Shown piece by piece: positions 13,335 to 25,923 of a stretch of DNA of 64,000 nt; the first letter of the stretch is position 1; each line of letters opens with the position of its first letter. Below the pieces are notes generated by a model, which was given only the letters and a program-made list of their open reading frames with translations, was not told the origin of the DNA and did not search any database. Both the position numbers and the translations under genes were made by a program. Source of the DNA: Octopus sinensis (taxonomy: Eukaryota); assembly GCF_006345805.1 (NCBI RefSeq), contig NC_042997.1, forward strand, positions 80,352,001 to 80,416,000, given 5' to 3'.

Positions 13335-14737
13335 AAATATTTTTCTTTTTGTTTTTTATGCCTTGAGAGCCTACTTCGTTTTGGTATAAGCAAACTCTAT
13401 AATTTTCTGAAAGGTTTTAAAGTAAATATGTTTGATCAAAAGTCTCAGATAGACAATCAATTAAAAAGATTTCATAATAACTCAAAAGAAATCTCTTAAC
13501 ATTTTATTCTTTGTATCTATGTATTATTTTTATGTATAACAGAGTAATGTATTACAATGTTGTCATTTAACCCTGGGGTATCATGAGTAGAAGACATCTA
13601 TGACTAAAGATGCTCCAGTCAGGACCATCTCAACTATCTTTCAGAGAATGTACATCTTGGACAACTTTTATGTTCACTCATATCTTAATGTAAAAAGGTG
13701 TGACTTGAGTGAGATTTGGCAGCTTCTATTTTTAGCAGGGTGAGTGACCATATAGATATTCCCTTGTTTGTTAAAGGTCACAGATGCTGTGATCTTAAGG
13801 AAAACAATGGTTAACATATTTAGCTGGGGACCAATTTGTTTACATTTTGAATTTTTTTCTTTTAATTTTACAAACTGAATTATGTTGATGTAAACTAATA
13901 CTTTCCATATTCCATGCTACATTTTAATTGCTTAATCATCCTACGTTACTGTTATTTACAAATCATTAAACTGAATTCAACACCCTCATGCAGTTAATCT
14001 TCTGATAATCATATTTAGAAAAGTAAAGGAAGCACTTGGGAGAAGATAATTGGGATATAGTATTCTCTTGAGATAGGAATCAGCAAATAGAAGATCCTAT
14101 ATTTTAATTTATCTCTTTAACATATATCCAAATCTAAGATAAATTACACAGAAGTTAGTTGGGGTGTTATATTATTTCCAGTGCTAGCACTCTGATAGTT
14201 TAGCATAATAAATATATTCATTTGCGTTAAATGCTGAAATCCATTTTGAGTTTTTCTGACTTCAGTTATTATGTATTGCACAGACTTCATCACTATATGG
14301 CTGCCATTGTTGTAAGTATGTCCATTAGAAGTGAAAGTTCTGAGTTTGAACCTAGCTTTAGCTTGTGTGTGTATTAGTAGGAGGTGGGTGGGGGGAAGAG
14401 ACCTGTTGCAAATAGGTAATAAAAAGGTAACCATTTAACAGACTGACTGAAACATTGGCTAGAATATGGAAACATCAATGATGAAGCAAGTCTAAATATT
14501 TTATATGGCTGCTCATCATATTTATTTAGGTATAATATACACCTTTTTGATGTAAAAAAAAACAACAAAAAAAAAAAACAACACATAACCATGTGATTTC
14601 GAAAATGCTGACTTTGTATATGTATATTTTTACACCTTACACAGATAAAGCTCAAATGTCACTGTTGAATCTGTTTCTATTTGGTTTAGAGTATGTAAAC
14701 TTTTAATGCATTTTACACAGCAAATTAACAAATCTAA

Positions 14738-14947
14738 CCCTTTAGTATTTAAACTGGCCATATCCAGCCCAAATATTTTATCATTTTTATGTTTAACCAG
14801 CAAGATTTGATCTATCACACCTACCCTACAATGTCATTCTAAAAATGCAACAATCACATTATTCAATTCTTAAAGCTACAAAATAATGCCCAATTAATTT
14901 GAAACAATAAGGTTTACATTTGACAGAAAAATCTGAATACTAAAGGG
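14738..14947. mobile_element. piggyBac-like MITE (TTAA|CCCTTTAG...CTAAAGGG|TTAA)
   Basis: Short TIRs with (C/T)TAA target sites; further copies at 17496-17651 (opposite orientation), 26295-28515 (split by a LINE) and a partial at about 28645-28725. Confidence 0.8.
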
Positions 14948-15880
14948 TTAAATACTTCTTTTCCATACATTGTAATATTAAAGAATAGTCTGGGTATGTC
15001 CCCACTAATTTTTAGAAGTCAGTATGTGTAAATGTCTTATTCAATGTAATTAGTTTCTCCTGTGACAAAAAAAATGTATGCAGTGGATATTTGAATACAA
15101 TTATTAATTACCACATTATTTGCGGCAAATAACCTATTATGTGTACATGCACATACCTTAGAGAGAACAGTGCATGACATTTTTCTTCTAGGATTTCATT
15201 GTTCATAATTGTAGGTGAGCATAATACAAGTGCATGTTACATATGAATAAATACAATATTTCAAGCAGCGTAATGTACGGGTTTCTTCAATCCTAAAATT
15301 CAGACCAAAATGAAATAAAAGTAGAAATAATTTCCTTGCTTAAAAATTGAATACATCTTGCAACTAAAGTTTTTATTTTCCTTAGAAGGAGACTTATGAA
15401 AATAAAATGAGAAAAAACTACATAGATCCTAAAGCCTATTATTATGAGTGTACCTTTTTTCTTTCCTTAGGCACAAAACAAGCTTTGTTTAGAGATAGGT
15501 GTATAGATTCATTATACAAAGATTCAAGATGGATGAAATATATTACTGAAATCTATATAATGTTTGAGGGTCTTGAAATAATGATAATCTTAAATTACCA
15601 TTGTAAAACTTACATCATAAATTGCCACAAAGTTGTACTCCATACATGATAAAGTGAATAATGTGTAAGGTATTTTTATAGATGCATCTCAATAACAGAC
15701 ATTCTGCTAACATCTCATCAACGAGGCTATGCAGACATTAACTGGTTCAATACATATATACTTTTTCTTCACTTATTAAATTAAAGCAATACTGAAAACA
15801 AAATTAGCCAAATCTTTTCAGTGATGGTATATTTCATACAACTTCAAGAGCAAAAACAACATTACTTTTACTTTACTTAC

Positions 15881-16130
15881 CATTTGGTATTTTGTTGAAG
15901 ATTCCACCAAAACTTTTCTGTGCTCCTCCACCTCCTCCTCCACCACCACCGCCACCTCTATTGCCACCAGAATCTTGATCACTTCTGCGTATACCATCAG
16001 AGCCACCACACTGTCGACTACTGCCAGCGCAGTCCGTATAATACATAATAAGAAAGACATCTAAAAGGAACCATACCATCGAAGTGGCCAAGATTATTTT
16101 ACAGTACTGTAAACTTAGACGGCTGACCAT
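15881..16130 (-). CDS. GALNT1: First coding exon of a polypeptide N-acetylgalactosaminyltransferase (GALNT1/GALNT13/pgant5-like): cytoplasmic tail, type II TM anchor and Gly-rich stem
   Basis: Translation MVSRLSLQYCKIILATSMVWFLLDVFLIMYYTDC...GGNRG11AQKSFGGIFNKIPN closely resembles the GALNT1/13 N-terminus ([26 protein letters not shown]). The exon is bounded by acceptor ttttgttttgcag|A (16351) and donor AATG|gtaagt (15881), phase 1, just before the expected GPGEMG stem motif. The symbol reflects family similarity; GALNT1 versus GALNT13 orthology is not resolvable. Catalytic-domain exons were not found in the window and presumably lie beyond position 1. Confidence 0.88.
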
Positions 16131-16351
16131 AGCTATAGTTGTCACAACAATCACAAGACTAAACACTAGTTTCAACTGGTATGGAGGTATCCAAAGTGAT
16201 TCTGAGAGTCCCTGCTGCTATCACAGACAGTAACAAATGAGAGGGTAAAAACTCAAGTCCAACTGGATCTGTAACCACACATGGTTTCTTTGAACTGCTT
16301 ACAAAACTTGCACATATCTCACAACTTGGCCCAAATCAAGTAATAGGTTAT
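16131..16351 (-). other. 5' UTR portion of the GALNT start-codon exon
   Basis: Lies between the strong acceptor at 16351 and the ATG at 16130, so at least one upstream non-coding exon is implied. Confidence 0.75.
16253..16315 (-). promoter_or_regulatory. Upstream ORF (MCKFCKQFKETMCGYRSSWT*) in the GALNT 5' UTR
   Basis: ATG at 16315, second in-frame ATG at codon 12, TGA at 16255-16253, ending 122 nt before the main ATG. Confidence 0.6.
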
Positions 16352-16439
16352 CTGCAAAACAAAAATAAAAATACCAGATAAATAAATTGTATAAAAAATT
16401 GTAAATGCAAGTTTACGATATCTTAAGAAAGATTAAACT

Positions 16440-17058
16440 AGTCTCAAGACTAGTGACTGAGACCTTTAAAAATATGGTGTGCTTGAGAAGACCCGGCAAG
16501 CCAAGTGAGACCATAACCCATGGCCTATGCCAGGGGTGTAACCAGCCCACTTATGCATACCTTTCATTCACTGGACACTAAACTCTGCTTCTGAAGACCT
16601 GTTGAGGCAAGTGAAATCGAAATCAAATTCGATGACTAGTGGAGCGCTAAGAGACCATCCGAGTGTGATCATTGCCAGAGTAGCTGACTGGCTTCCATGC
16701 CGGTGGCATGTAAAAAGCACCATTCGAGCGAGATTGTTACCAGCATCGCCTTAAGTATTCAAGCGAGGTTGTTGCTAGTGCCACTGGACTGGCTCCTGTG
16801 CAGGTGGCATGTAAAAAACACCATTTGAGTGTGGCTGTTGCCAGTACCGCCTGACTGGCCCTTGTTCCGGTGGCATGTAAAAGCACCCACTACACTCTCG
16901 GAGTTGTTGGCATTAGGAAGGGCATCCAGTTGTAGAAACTCTGCCAGATCAGATTGGAGCCTGGTGCAGCCATCTGGTTCGCCAGTCCTCAGTCAAATCG
17001 TCCAACCCATGCCAGCATGGAAAGCGGACATTAAACGATGATGATGATGATGATGACA
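16440..17058 (+). mobile_element. 5'-truncated RTE LINE 3' end (diverged subfamily) with (GAT)n tail
   Basis: Shares GGCATGTAAAAAGCACC modules and TTGGCATTAGGAAGGGCATCCAG...CCAACCCATGCCAGCATGGA...AAACGATGATGAT with the 36.2-36.8 kb 3' UTR. Confidence 0.9.
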
Positions 17059-17495
17059 ATAAGCTATAAACAAAAATCCTATCTTGTTAGATTGTAGAGA
17101 CCAGGTTTTTAAATTTTTACATGTAAGTAAATGAGAAGCCAAATTAAAAGCCTCCGTAGTAATGAAGGAAAGTCTATTTAAAAAATGAAGAAAGTAATTA
17201 TGCCACTCTCCCAATGTTTTTTCTTTCTTTTATCCCATGCTTCAACAGGTACAACTTGCAGAGACAAGTATTTGCTCAAATGTTTTTATAGGCAAATGAG
17301 AACAAAAGCTGTTTGCCAAAAATACAAGGCTTCACTTCCTAACTTCCTGATTATTGAATTACATCCTTCTTCTTTCACCAATGCACCCCCATCCCCCCGC
17401 TCTACAACTGCTGCTACTGCTACTACTACAAAAGCCTCTGCTCTTCTGAAATTGTTGTATCTGTATCTTTACTAACTTTATATAAATCCATTTAA

Positions 17496-17651
17496 CCCTT
17501 TAGCATTCAAATTAGTCTGTTAAATATAATCTTTATTTGTTCACTTTGTAAGGTATTTGTAAGGTAGGTGTGAAGGGTTAGATCTGGCCAGTTTGAACAT
17601 AAAACAGGTAGAATATTTGGGCCAGATATGGCCAGTTTAAATACTAAAGAG
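17496..17651. mobile_element. piggyBac-like MITE, second copy
   Basis: TTAA|CCCTTTAGCATTCAAA ... AAATACTAAAGAG|TTAA. Confidence 0.8.
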
Positions 17652-17878
17652 TTAATGAACCTGCTTGTCTTATCCCAATGCCTTTCTCTGTATCATTTCC
17701 TCCATTTGTACTAAATGCTTTATCAAGTCTTCTAAAATTGGAACCCTCTGTCTGACTACACTAACCAGCTGTCCATTAGTTTAATAAGCATAAAAATGGG
17801 TTGAATTCTATCCTTCAGAATTGTTAGATTAGTACCTACTTACATACAAATGATAACATATATAAGAGAGTGAAAGAT

Positions 17879-18090
17879 AAGGCAGTGAGCTGGCAGAATC
17901 ATTTGCATGCTGGGCAAAACGCTGAGTGGCATTTCATATGTTTTTAGGTTCTGAGTTCAAATTCTGCTGAAGTCAACTTTGCCTTTTATCCTTTTGGGTC
18001 CATAAAATAAGTACCTGTTGAGCACTGGGGTCAATGTAATCAACTTACCCCTCCCACCAATTCACTGTCTTTGTGCCAAAATTTGAAACC
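17879..18090 (+). mobile_element. Meta/MESC-type SINE
   Basis: GAGCTGGCAGAATC..GAGTTCAAATTCT..GCCTTTTATCCTTTTGGGTCCATAAAATAAGTACC. Confidence 0.85.
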
Positions 18091-19741
18091 AACATACATA
18101 AGAAAGAGATGTACTATTATGTTACTTATTCTCTATTTTAAAGGAATGGTTAACATTTCATTGTTGTTGTTTTTTTTTTTCATAACAAATAGTTAAATGG
18201 TTTTCAGACTCAAGAAAATTGAAACAGTGGTGTAGGTAGGATAGATAAAGAATAATGTTTAGGTAAAAAGATAAGTAATAAAGTAAGAATGAAAAGCTGA
18301 AATGTATAGATTATGATATTGACTAGATAAAATTATTCATCTTCAATACTTGTAAAGATCAATAGAAATAGCGAGCTAACTGAAGATGTTTAGGAAGTGA
18401 GACTTATCTACTGGTAAAGACATAAATTAAAGCAAAAATATATTATTAAATGATGTGGAAGAAATAGATGACAGGGTAAGAATGACCTACAATCCAGCAT
18501 GCTAAGTACCTATAAAATATTTGGTATTCATGTAGGGATAGCTTGGAAGATTTTACAGGCTGTCCACCGTAACCTACAAGGTAGAGAAATTGTAAACTAT
18601 AGGCCTTTCAAATAATCATTCACGGCTCTAAGTTGAGAAAAATGACTACAGTCAAGGATGGAAATTTTGCTATGGAATCACTACCATCATCGTCTCACAA
18701 GAGAGATAAAAGGAGGGTATAAAATGGTTGTCAAAAAGTGGTTCACAATCAGAAGAATATATGGCTTCTGTTGGTTTTGTCAGCAGAGAAATATATAAGG
18801 AATGAATTAATGTACATGAAAACTCAAAGAGACATAATTTAGTTTGATAACAATTTTTTTGTCAATTTATAAAGTAGATTAGCCCCTAACTTTAAAAAAT
18901 GTTATGCATCAAAAAGATGTATAGTATAGTTCTTGGAGATGCAAAAGACAAATTGTACAGGATAGGAAAAAAAAAGCTTTCAAAAAATTGTCCCTTTCAA
19001 ACCTCAACAATTTTTTTAATCTCTCTTTAGCTATTGATGCAGTTCCACTTTTAACTTATTCATGACATGCCATTATAAAAAAATGAATAAAATAAAAATA
19101 AAAAATAACATTAAAAAATAATGATTAAAACTTATACTATCATGCTTAACTTTCTTTAATCACTTCACTCTTTCATTTCAACAAAATTACACAAAGTAAA
19201 TCCTCTTAGAAAATTCAAGACACATTTAACATGATAGCTAACTCACTTCACATCAGCTTCCATTATGTATGAAATATCAACAATTGTCAGCAATCTTTAT
19301 GTTTTGGAAACTAAGCATTAAATTAGAAGATTATTTCTTTATATCATATTACTGTCAAAGTTACACTTTTCACCACTGCCATTTGAAATGCTGTTAACTA
19401 ATTTAGCTGATGTATTTTCTTGTCAAAAACCACTAAAGTATAATGCTCAAGAGTTGTGTAATAAAATTCATGATTCCTTAGAATGATACGTTACATATTA
19501 TGTATATAATGTTTACATATCAATACTGTATTCAGAAAACACATGTTGAGTATGAGATAAGTCATCTGAAGAGATTTATCATACACTATCAGAATTAAGT
19601 TTTGAAATTAAGAAAGTCTATTTCCTGAACACATACCCTCATGAAATTGGAATTTAACCTCAAAACAATATTTTCAGCAAGTCCACAATAATTTGATACA
19701 TATAACATATGCTTAATTTAATTAGGATCAAACCTCTAGTG

Positions 19742-20349
19742 CCGTGATTCTCAACGTGGGGCGCATGCCCCACCGGTGAGGCATGGTAATATTTTGGTGA
19801 CGTATGCATAGAGTTATTGAGAATGAGTTATTAAAAACAAAATTCTTTACATCTCTTCTGTGAACAATTTTATCCAATTTTTGACACTTTAGAGACAACA
19901 AGGTCGTTTTCATCATATTCATAAGATCTGATGCTACTAAAGAAGGAATAAGATTATTTCCTTTGATTTAGTGGTATGTCAAAACATGTAGGTAATTACA
20001 AACATTTGTGTGTTTGTGTGCGCACATGTAGTATAGAACTGGTCAGTACTGAAAGCAATACAATCTTAATCCCCTATGGAGAAATAAACTGGAGACAGAC
20101 TTATGTGTGCAGGTGTATCTAAGAGTAGCGACTCTTTCGTCTCTGGCAACAAAAAAATCTAGGTACACAAGAAAAATGTGGTGCTGCAGAGTGTTGATAG
20201 AGCAATAAATGGGGTTTGGCAGGGGTGTGTGTGTGTGAAAGAATTGAATGGGCTGAAATGGAGTGGAAGGGGTAGTGTCAGTCAAAGAGAGAGAGAGGAG
20301 AGAGAGGGAGACATAGATAGATAGAGAAAGATTTACGGTACTGGTAACT

Positions 20350-20382
<33 letters not shown>

Positions 20383-22292
20383 GAACAGAGATGAAAATTA
20401 ACAGGTCATTTTATTCCCACCAGTCAGTTTTGTGAATTCAGCAAAAATGTAAGAAAAAACTTCCATCATTGATATAAAGGCTTTTGCAGCTGAGAAGATT
20501 CACAGAATAATTTTTGTTTCTTTTTGAGTATATTTTCCAAAAGTTTATACAGAAATCTTTTTGAAGAAATTGTTGAAAAAAATTTGCTTGAACTGAAATT
20601 GATTCAAAGGCATAACTACAGATTTCTGTCCCCATCCCCACTTTGGATGATCATAACTTTCAGAAAAATGGATATTTTTTAATGAAATTGTCTTCGAATA
20701 TGTGTTACATCATGTAGATTCCAAATATGCAAAATTTTTTTAGGAGGGTAAAGTGTTTTAGGAGGTGTTGGGGTGGGGAATTTCGGAAACTTCACCGGAG
20801 TCCACTTCAATTCGTCTTAATTTTCAAGAAAATGGATATTTTTTAATGAAATTCTCTACAAATATACCTTGGACTATGTAGATTTCGATAACAGGAATTT
20901 TTGGGGAAAACAATTGGGGGCTAGTTTTGAGAAATGTTCCCCACTCGCAGGTGTTTCTCAACAAGTTGTCCATATTTGTTTCATTTTCTCTGTCTTGTGC
21001 GTTTGTGCATCTGTAGATTTCTACTGAAGCAACAAACAGGCAATGAAGCCCTCACCAGAAAACTAGTTATGTTAAAAATAACAGCTAACGGTCTGGTACA
21101 CAGAGACATGTTATTAAGACGACTTATCTGTTGCATATGATTTTTTTTTGCTTTAAGTAAATTCCCAGATAAATGTTTCTAATAGAAAGGCAGAAGACAT
21201 CAGAAGCAAAAATAAGGAATATGCATGCACAATTAAATATAGATGTGTAAAGCATAATTTGTTACATAATCTCTATCGTAAACATGATATTGAATGGAAT
21301 AATCCTCCGTTTGAACTTTTTTCAATTACATGTGTGTGAGTGGTGTGTGTGTATGTAGGAAATCTACAGATGCACAAGTGCACAAAATGGAAAAAATGGA
21401 ACAAATATGGATGACTTATTCAGAAACACTCGCGAGTGGGGAACAATTCTCAAAAATAGCCCCCAAATGTTTTCCCCCCAAATTCCTGTGTCCCGGGAAT
21501 CTACATAGTCCGAGGTATATTTGTAGAGAATTTCATTAAACAATATCCATTTTCTTGAAAGTTTAGATAAATTGAAGTGGACTCCAGTGAATTTACCAAA
21601 ATCTCCCCCCACAACACCTCCTAAAACACCCCCCCCACCAAATTTTGTATACTCGGAATCTACATGATATAACACATATTCGTAGAAAATTTCATTAAAA
21701 AATCCATTTTTCTGAAAGTTATGATCATCCGAAGTCGGGGGTACAGAAATCTGTAGTTATGCTGATTCAAAAATATATAAAAGCAGTGCAAGTAAAAAAA
21801 AACTTTCTTTAATATTCAGGGGAATATTCAAAATTTGGATTTATACCCGCTGTCCATGATAAACTGTCATCAAGTTATGGGTGAAAAACTCAGATCTTGT
21901 GAATTTTCAGAAGTTCTATCCCCACCCCTTGGAAAAGATTTTCATACAAATTTCTTTATAATCATAATCTATGCCGGTTGAAAGGTATTTATATAAAATT
22001 TCATTAAAAAAAAAAAAAACATTTTCCTAAAAGTTATGAGGAAAAAACTCAGACCTTGTGAATTTTCTGAAGTCCTCCCCACCCCTGTTGATTTCCACAC
22101 ATATTTTTCATATTCATTTCCTACAAATTTTTCTTTTGTCCATTGCACTATTTTTTATGTATTTTGTTTCCAGGTAATATTGTAAACATTAACCAAATTT
22201 TGAATAACAAAAATTAAATATCACAAGGGGGCATCAAGATATTTTAGAAATGATCCGATGGGGCATGGCCAAAAGTCGGTTGGGAACCACTG
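19742..22292 (-). mobile_element. hAT/Charlie-type DNA transposon, non-autonomous and decayed
   Basis: TIRs CCGTGATTCTCAAC / GTTGGGAACCACTG with an exact 8-bp TSD CTCTAGTG (19734-19741 and 22293-22300). Minus-strand remnants of the hAT C-terminal dimerisation region (FW..., ENDL) near 19850-19930 and 20390-20600. Confidence 0.85.
20610..21762. repeat. Long inverted repeat (~400-bp arms 20610-21021 and 21359-21762) nested in the hAT element
   Basis: Arms align as reverse complements over their length (e.g. GCATAACTACAGATTTCTGT / ACAGAAATCTGTAGTTATGC; GTGCATCTGTAGATTTC / GAAATCTACAGATGCAC). They are built from internal modules (AATTTCATTAAAAAATCCATTTT) that recur to about 22080. Confidence 0.85.
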
Positions 22293-22864
22293 CTCTAGTG
22301 TATGGTGAAGTGAATGTAGGAACACAACGGATTTTTTTACCAGTTTCTTGAACATTCAAATCTCAGCATAAATAAAGGCAAAGCTTGAGTATGAAAACCT
22401 TTTCTAGAAAGAATTTACTAAAAACAATACTGACTGCATACAAATTATAAGTAGTGAATGAAGTGGGAATTTTTTCACTATCAATTATCAAATTTCTGCA
22501 ACTGTCTTCTTCAGGAAAATGCTTTAACATAACTTTAAAGTCTATATAGTATTGTGATACATGTGCAGGCATGTATCAAAACACAAAGTAATTGCAGAAT
22601 TAATATGAGAATAAAAACATTTTTCAGATCCATTTAAAGAGACTTTCAGATAGAAAACTGTACATGATAACAATTTGTAGTCCAGTTATTTCTTTTTAAA
22701 TGCAGTCAGGGTTGAATTTATCTGACATTCAAATGAAACACATAAAACTAGAAACAAACTATTATAATTCCACACTACATAGATTTGGCAAACCATTTAC
22801 ATAAAGACAAAAATTTAATTCCTTAAAGAACCTTCAAATTTTCATTTTATTACAAAATCTTACA

Positions 22865-23114
22865 AAATTCAAAACTGTCCTAAAAAATTATAACATAACC
22901 CTATACATCCTCTAACATGTAAAAATGGACAAACAAACAGAACAACAATAGATATTCCTAAACTAACTACTCCCCCCAATTTATTAGGAATTGAACGCAA
23001 AATAGCATAAGCAAACAAAAAATACCATTCAGGCTTAATATGAATAGGAGTAACCAAAGGATTCACAGGAATAAAAAAAAAAACTTGTTCTCCAAATAAT
23101 GAGGTTGACAACAA
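22865..23114 (-). pseudogene. cytb: NUMT: nuclear copy of a mitochondrial cytochrome b fragment
   Basis: Translates to ...[39 protein letters not shown]...[10 protein letters not shown], the PEWY/Qo-site region of cytb. The frame ends at TGA (Trp in the invertebrate mitochondrial code). It is an isolated ~250 bp piece in nuclear repeat context. Confidence 0.95.
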
Positions 23115-23168
23115 TTTAGGAAATGACCAACTAGAAAAGAAATACTATATTTGTAAACATCTTGATGC

Positions 23169-23509
23169 AAGACTGAGATGTCTTTAATACCAACAATTTT
23201 TACTTTGAGATTTCACTCAATATTTACTGTAATCAACTTGTGAATCAATTTGCTTATGCTGGTACTGTAGAGGGTTCTGCTGCTTGTCTTTTGGTAGATT
23301 ATCACTTAGGGACAGGTTTCTAATGCATGATCTAACCTTTCAATCATGCTTCTTCCACTTCCTTCATCATCTACCAACAACTTATTGCACTTTTTTAAAC
23401 CAGTTTGCATGCCTCAGTCTTATTAAGCAAGCTTTTGCAAGTTGATTACAGTAAATATCTAGTAAAATGATAAAGTTAAAATTGTTGGTAGAAGACATCC
23501 CCCAGTCTT
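23169..23509. repeat. Old inverted repeat (arms about 23169-23256 and 23424-23509)
   Basis: TACCAACAATTTT..ATATTTACTGTAATCAACTTG mirrored by CAAGTTGATTACAGTAAATAT..AAAATTGTTGGTA. Confidence 0.75.
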
Positions 23510-24439
23510 TCAAAAATATGTTTTCAAGTGGATAAATTAGACAACATATGGAGGTTTTGAAAATATACAATGCTCATGGGCTGCCTTAGTTGCCTATTTC
23601 TGCAACAAAGGTCTACTTGAATACAGATGGCTACAATAACAAGAATGAGTAATAAATGATTTCCTTTCTTTTGAGAACATGAATTTTGCAATTTTGGAAC
23701 ACTCCAAAACTATTATTTCCAGAAATAGAACAGTTTTAATAAACACACCAAAAGTACAAACAAAAATATCATAATGAAAAAAAATACCAAAAATATCTAG
23801 TTACCCCTCATAAACTAATCTGTTCCCTTATAGATAATTTTACTATGTCAATGTAAGTTTATTCAAGTAGCCATTCCCCAACCTGTGTTTAGATTGGCAA
23901 CCATAATCATGTTTCAAGTGTATTGCTTGATTCAATATTGATGTGAGGACACAGGGAGTTGTCAAATGTTAAGTTAAAAAGAAGTTAATGTCAATCAAAA
24001 TGGAAAAAGGGATTGTTCAAAACAGAGGAAGAAGACATCCATGAAAATGGAGAATAATTATAATTTAAATAAAACAGGTAAAAAGAAAACAATAAAACAA
24101 AAAGGGGCATTATTTAAGGTTTTATATATACATTCAATGCATTAGAGGTATAATTGCTTCTTGTTACAAATTTCTAATTGTTTATGTAAAATGTTTTCTT
24201 TCAAGTGCTTTAATATAAATAAAAAAAATAAAAAAAACACCAGACTTTCCCAATAGAATTTAGGAGCCATGAACCAATTGCTACTACATTTCTTGCTTCC
24301 TGATTTACAAATCAAAAATATTGTTTCTAAACGGTGTAACTGATAAACCAACAGTACAGTTCCCCAAATGGATTTCATGATTAATCCTTTTCTTCTTTGT
24401 ATACTACTGATATGCTTTTCACAGTCAGGTAACTGCAAG

Positions 24440-25010
24440 ATGAATTTAGCTAAGAATAAACCATTGTACTTGGCAGTTGTTGATCTGGAGAAAGCCTTCG
24501 ACAGAGTACCTTGCTTTGTGATACAGTGGTCTCTGAAGAAACTAGGGATAGATGAATGGTTTAAGAATGCAGCACAGGCTATGTACTGGGGACCTGTAAG
24601 TAATGTAAGAGTTAGCCATAAATATAGTGATGAATTTAGGTGTACAGGTAGGTGTTCACCAAGGCTCAGTCCTCAGCCCCCACCTATCATCATTGTCCTC
24701 TGGACAATAACTGAAAAATTTAAGACTGGATCCCATTGGAAGTACTACATGCTGATAATCTTGCTCTCATAGCAGAACTAGAAAAGAAATTCCAGGCATA
24801 GAATCAAAATTGAAATTGAAGGGCCTTCAAGTTAACTTAGCAAAAAACCAAGATCCTAGTAAGCAAGAAAATGGACAGGACCCTACTCTCATCAGGTAAA
24901 TGGCCCATCTCAATATGTGGGAAAGGTGTAGGTAGGAACTCCATCCAATGTACTCAGTGCAAGCTATGGACACACAAGCAGAGCCAATGGCCTACAGCCA
25001 GACTGGGCTC
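24440..25010 (+). mobile_element. Old RTE LINE RT fragment
   Basis: KNKPLYLAVVDLEKAFDRVP...KLGIDEW and SGKWPISICGKGVGRNSIQC are homologous to the 33-36 kb element, with many frameshifts. Confidence 0.9.
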
Positions 25011-25734
25011 AAGGGTTTTAGTTCATCAAATCAACCTCAGTACTTACATCTAACACTTTTTCTATCAGTCTCTTTTTAAGCTGAATCACTAAGTCAAGAT
25101 GATAGAAATAAATTAACACAAGTTATTAAGTGGTGAGACATAAACACAAACACCACCTACAATGTTGCATCACACACACAAATGAAAGTAAGTCATCTAA
25201 TTAGCTAAATTTCACTCACCAATACAGTCCATTTTGGAGCTCTCCCAACATACCCATCTTTCCCTCTCTTGTCAACCCTACTGTGCCTCATACCCTTAGA
25301 TCTGGTACACTTTACCTAATCCTTCCACACTCTAAAATTCATTCTTGCTTACAGATGTTAAAAATTTTACAACAGCTGAAGTGATCACATCAATATTTGA
25401 GGAGCAGCAAAGGTTGTGGACACTGCCTCTGCTTCTCGTGTAAGACATAATAAAAAATAAACAAGAATAAAAGTAGGTATTCTGTTAAATTGATCAAAAG
25501 ACAGCTTACTTAAGCTACTCAAAAATCAAGAAATTGATTTACAGTAGCTGCACTTTATATAGTTTCTTTTGTAAACAGGTTGACTTGTTTTGATCTCAGT
25601 GCATTTCTGCTACTTATAAAGGAGAAAGAAATTTTAAATTGCCATTGATTAAATTCCAATGACACCACGACATAACAAAATCATATTTGGTTCCTGAACA
25701 CCTATACTAACAAAGGAGCTAGTAAATGGTCATT

Positions 25735-25923
25735 CAACCTGCTAGAAATAGAAGCCAAATCTCTTCAAAATCCCATCCGACAGGCTTGAAAGCAGAGGGT
25801 GACTTTGGATAATGTAGTCTGAGATACACAACCTGCTAGAAATAGAAGCTGAATCCCTTCAAAAACCCATCCAATAATCTCTTAAAAGCAGAGGGTGACT
25901 TTGGATAATGTGGTCCGAGATAC
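25735..25923. repeat. Tandem duplication of a ~94-bp unit in an interspersed repeat
   Basis: CAACCTGCTAGAAATAGAAGC...GCAGAGGGTGACTTTGGATAATGT..GAGATAC occurs twice. Confidence 0.85.

Noticed and set aside
14144-14434. ORF containing NRSLP, reminiscent of the GALNT 'LNRSLPD' motif
   Set aside because: The flanking residues do not match GALNT (no FN..AS upstream, no D.R...C downstream), so it is a chance match.
22470-22525. Minus-strand CTGAAGAAGACAGTTGCAGAAA and a similar CTAACGA..GAAAC string at about 3280-3345
   Set aside because: Stem I cannot be formed; too degenerate to call.
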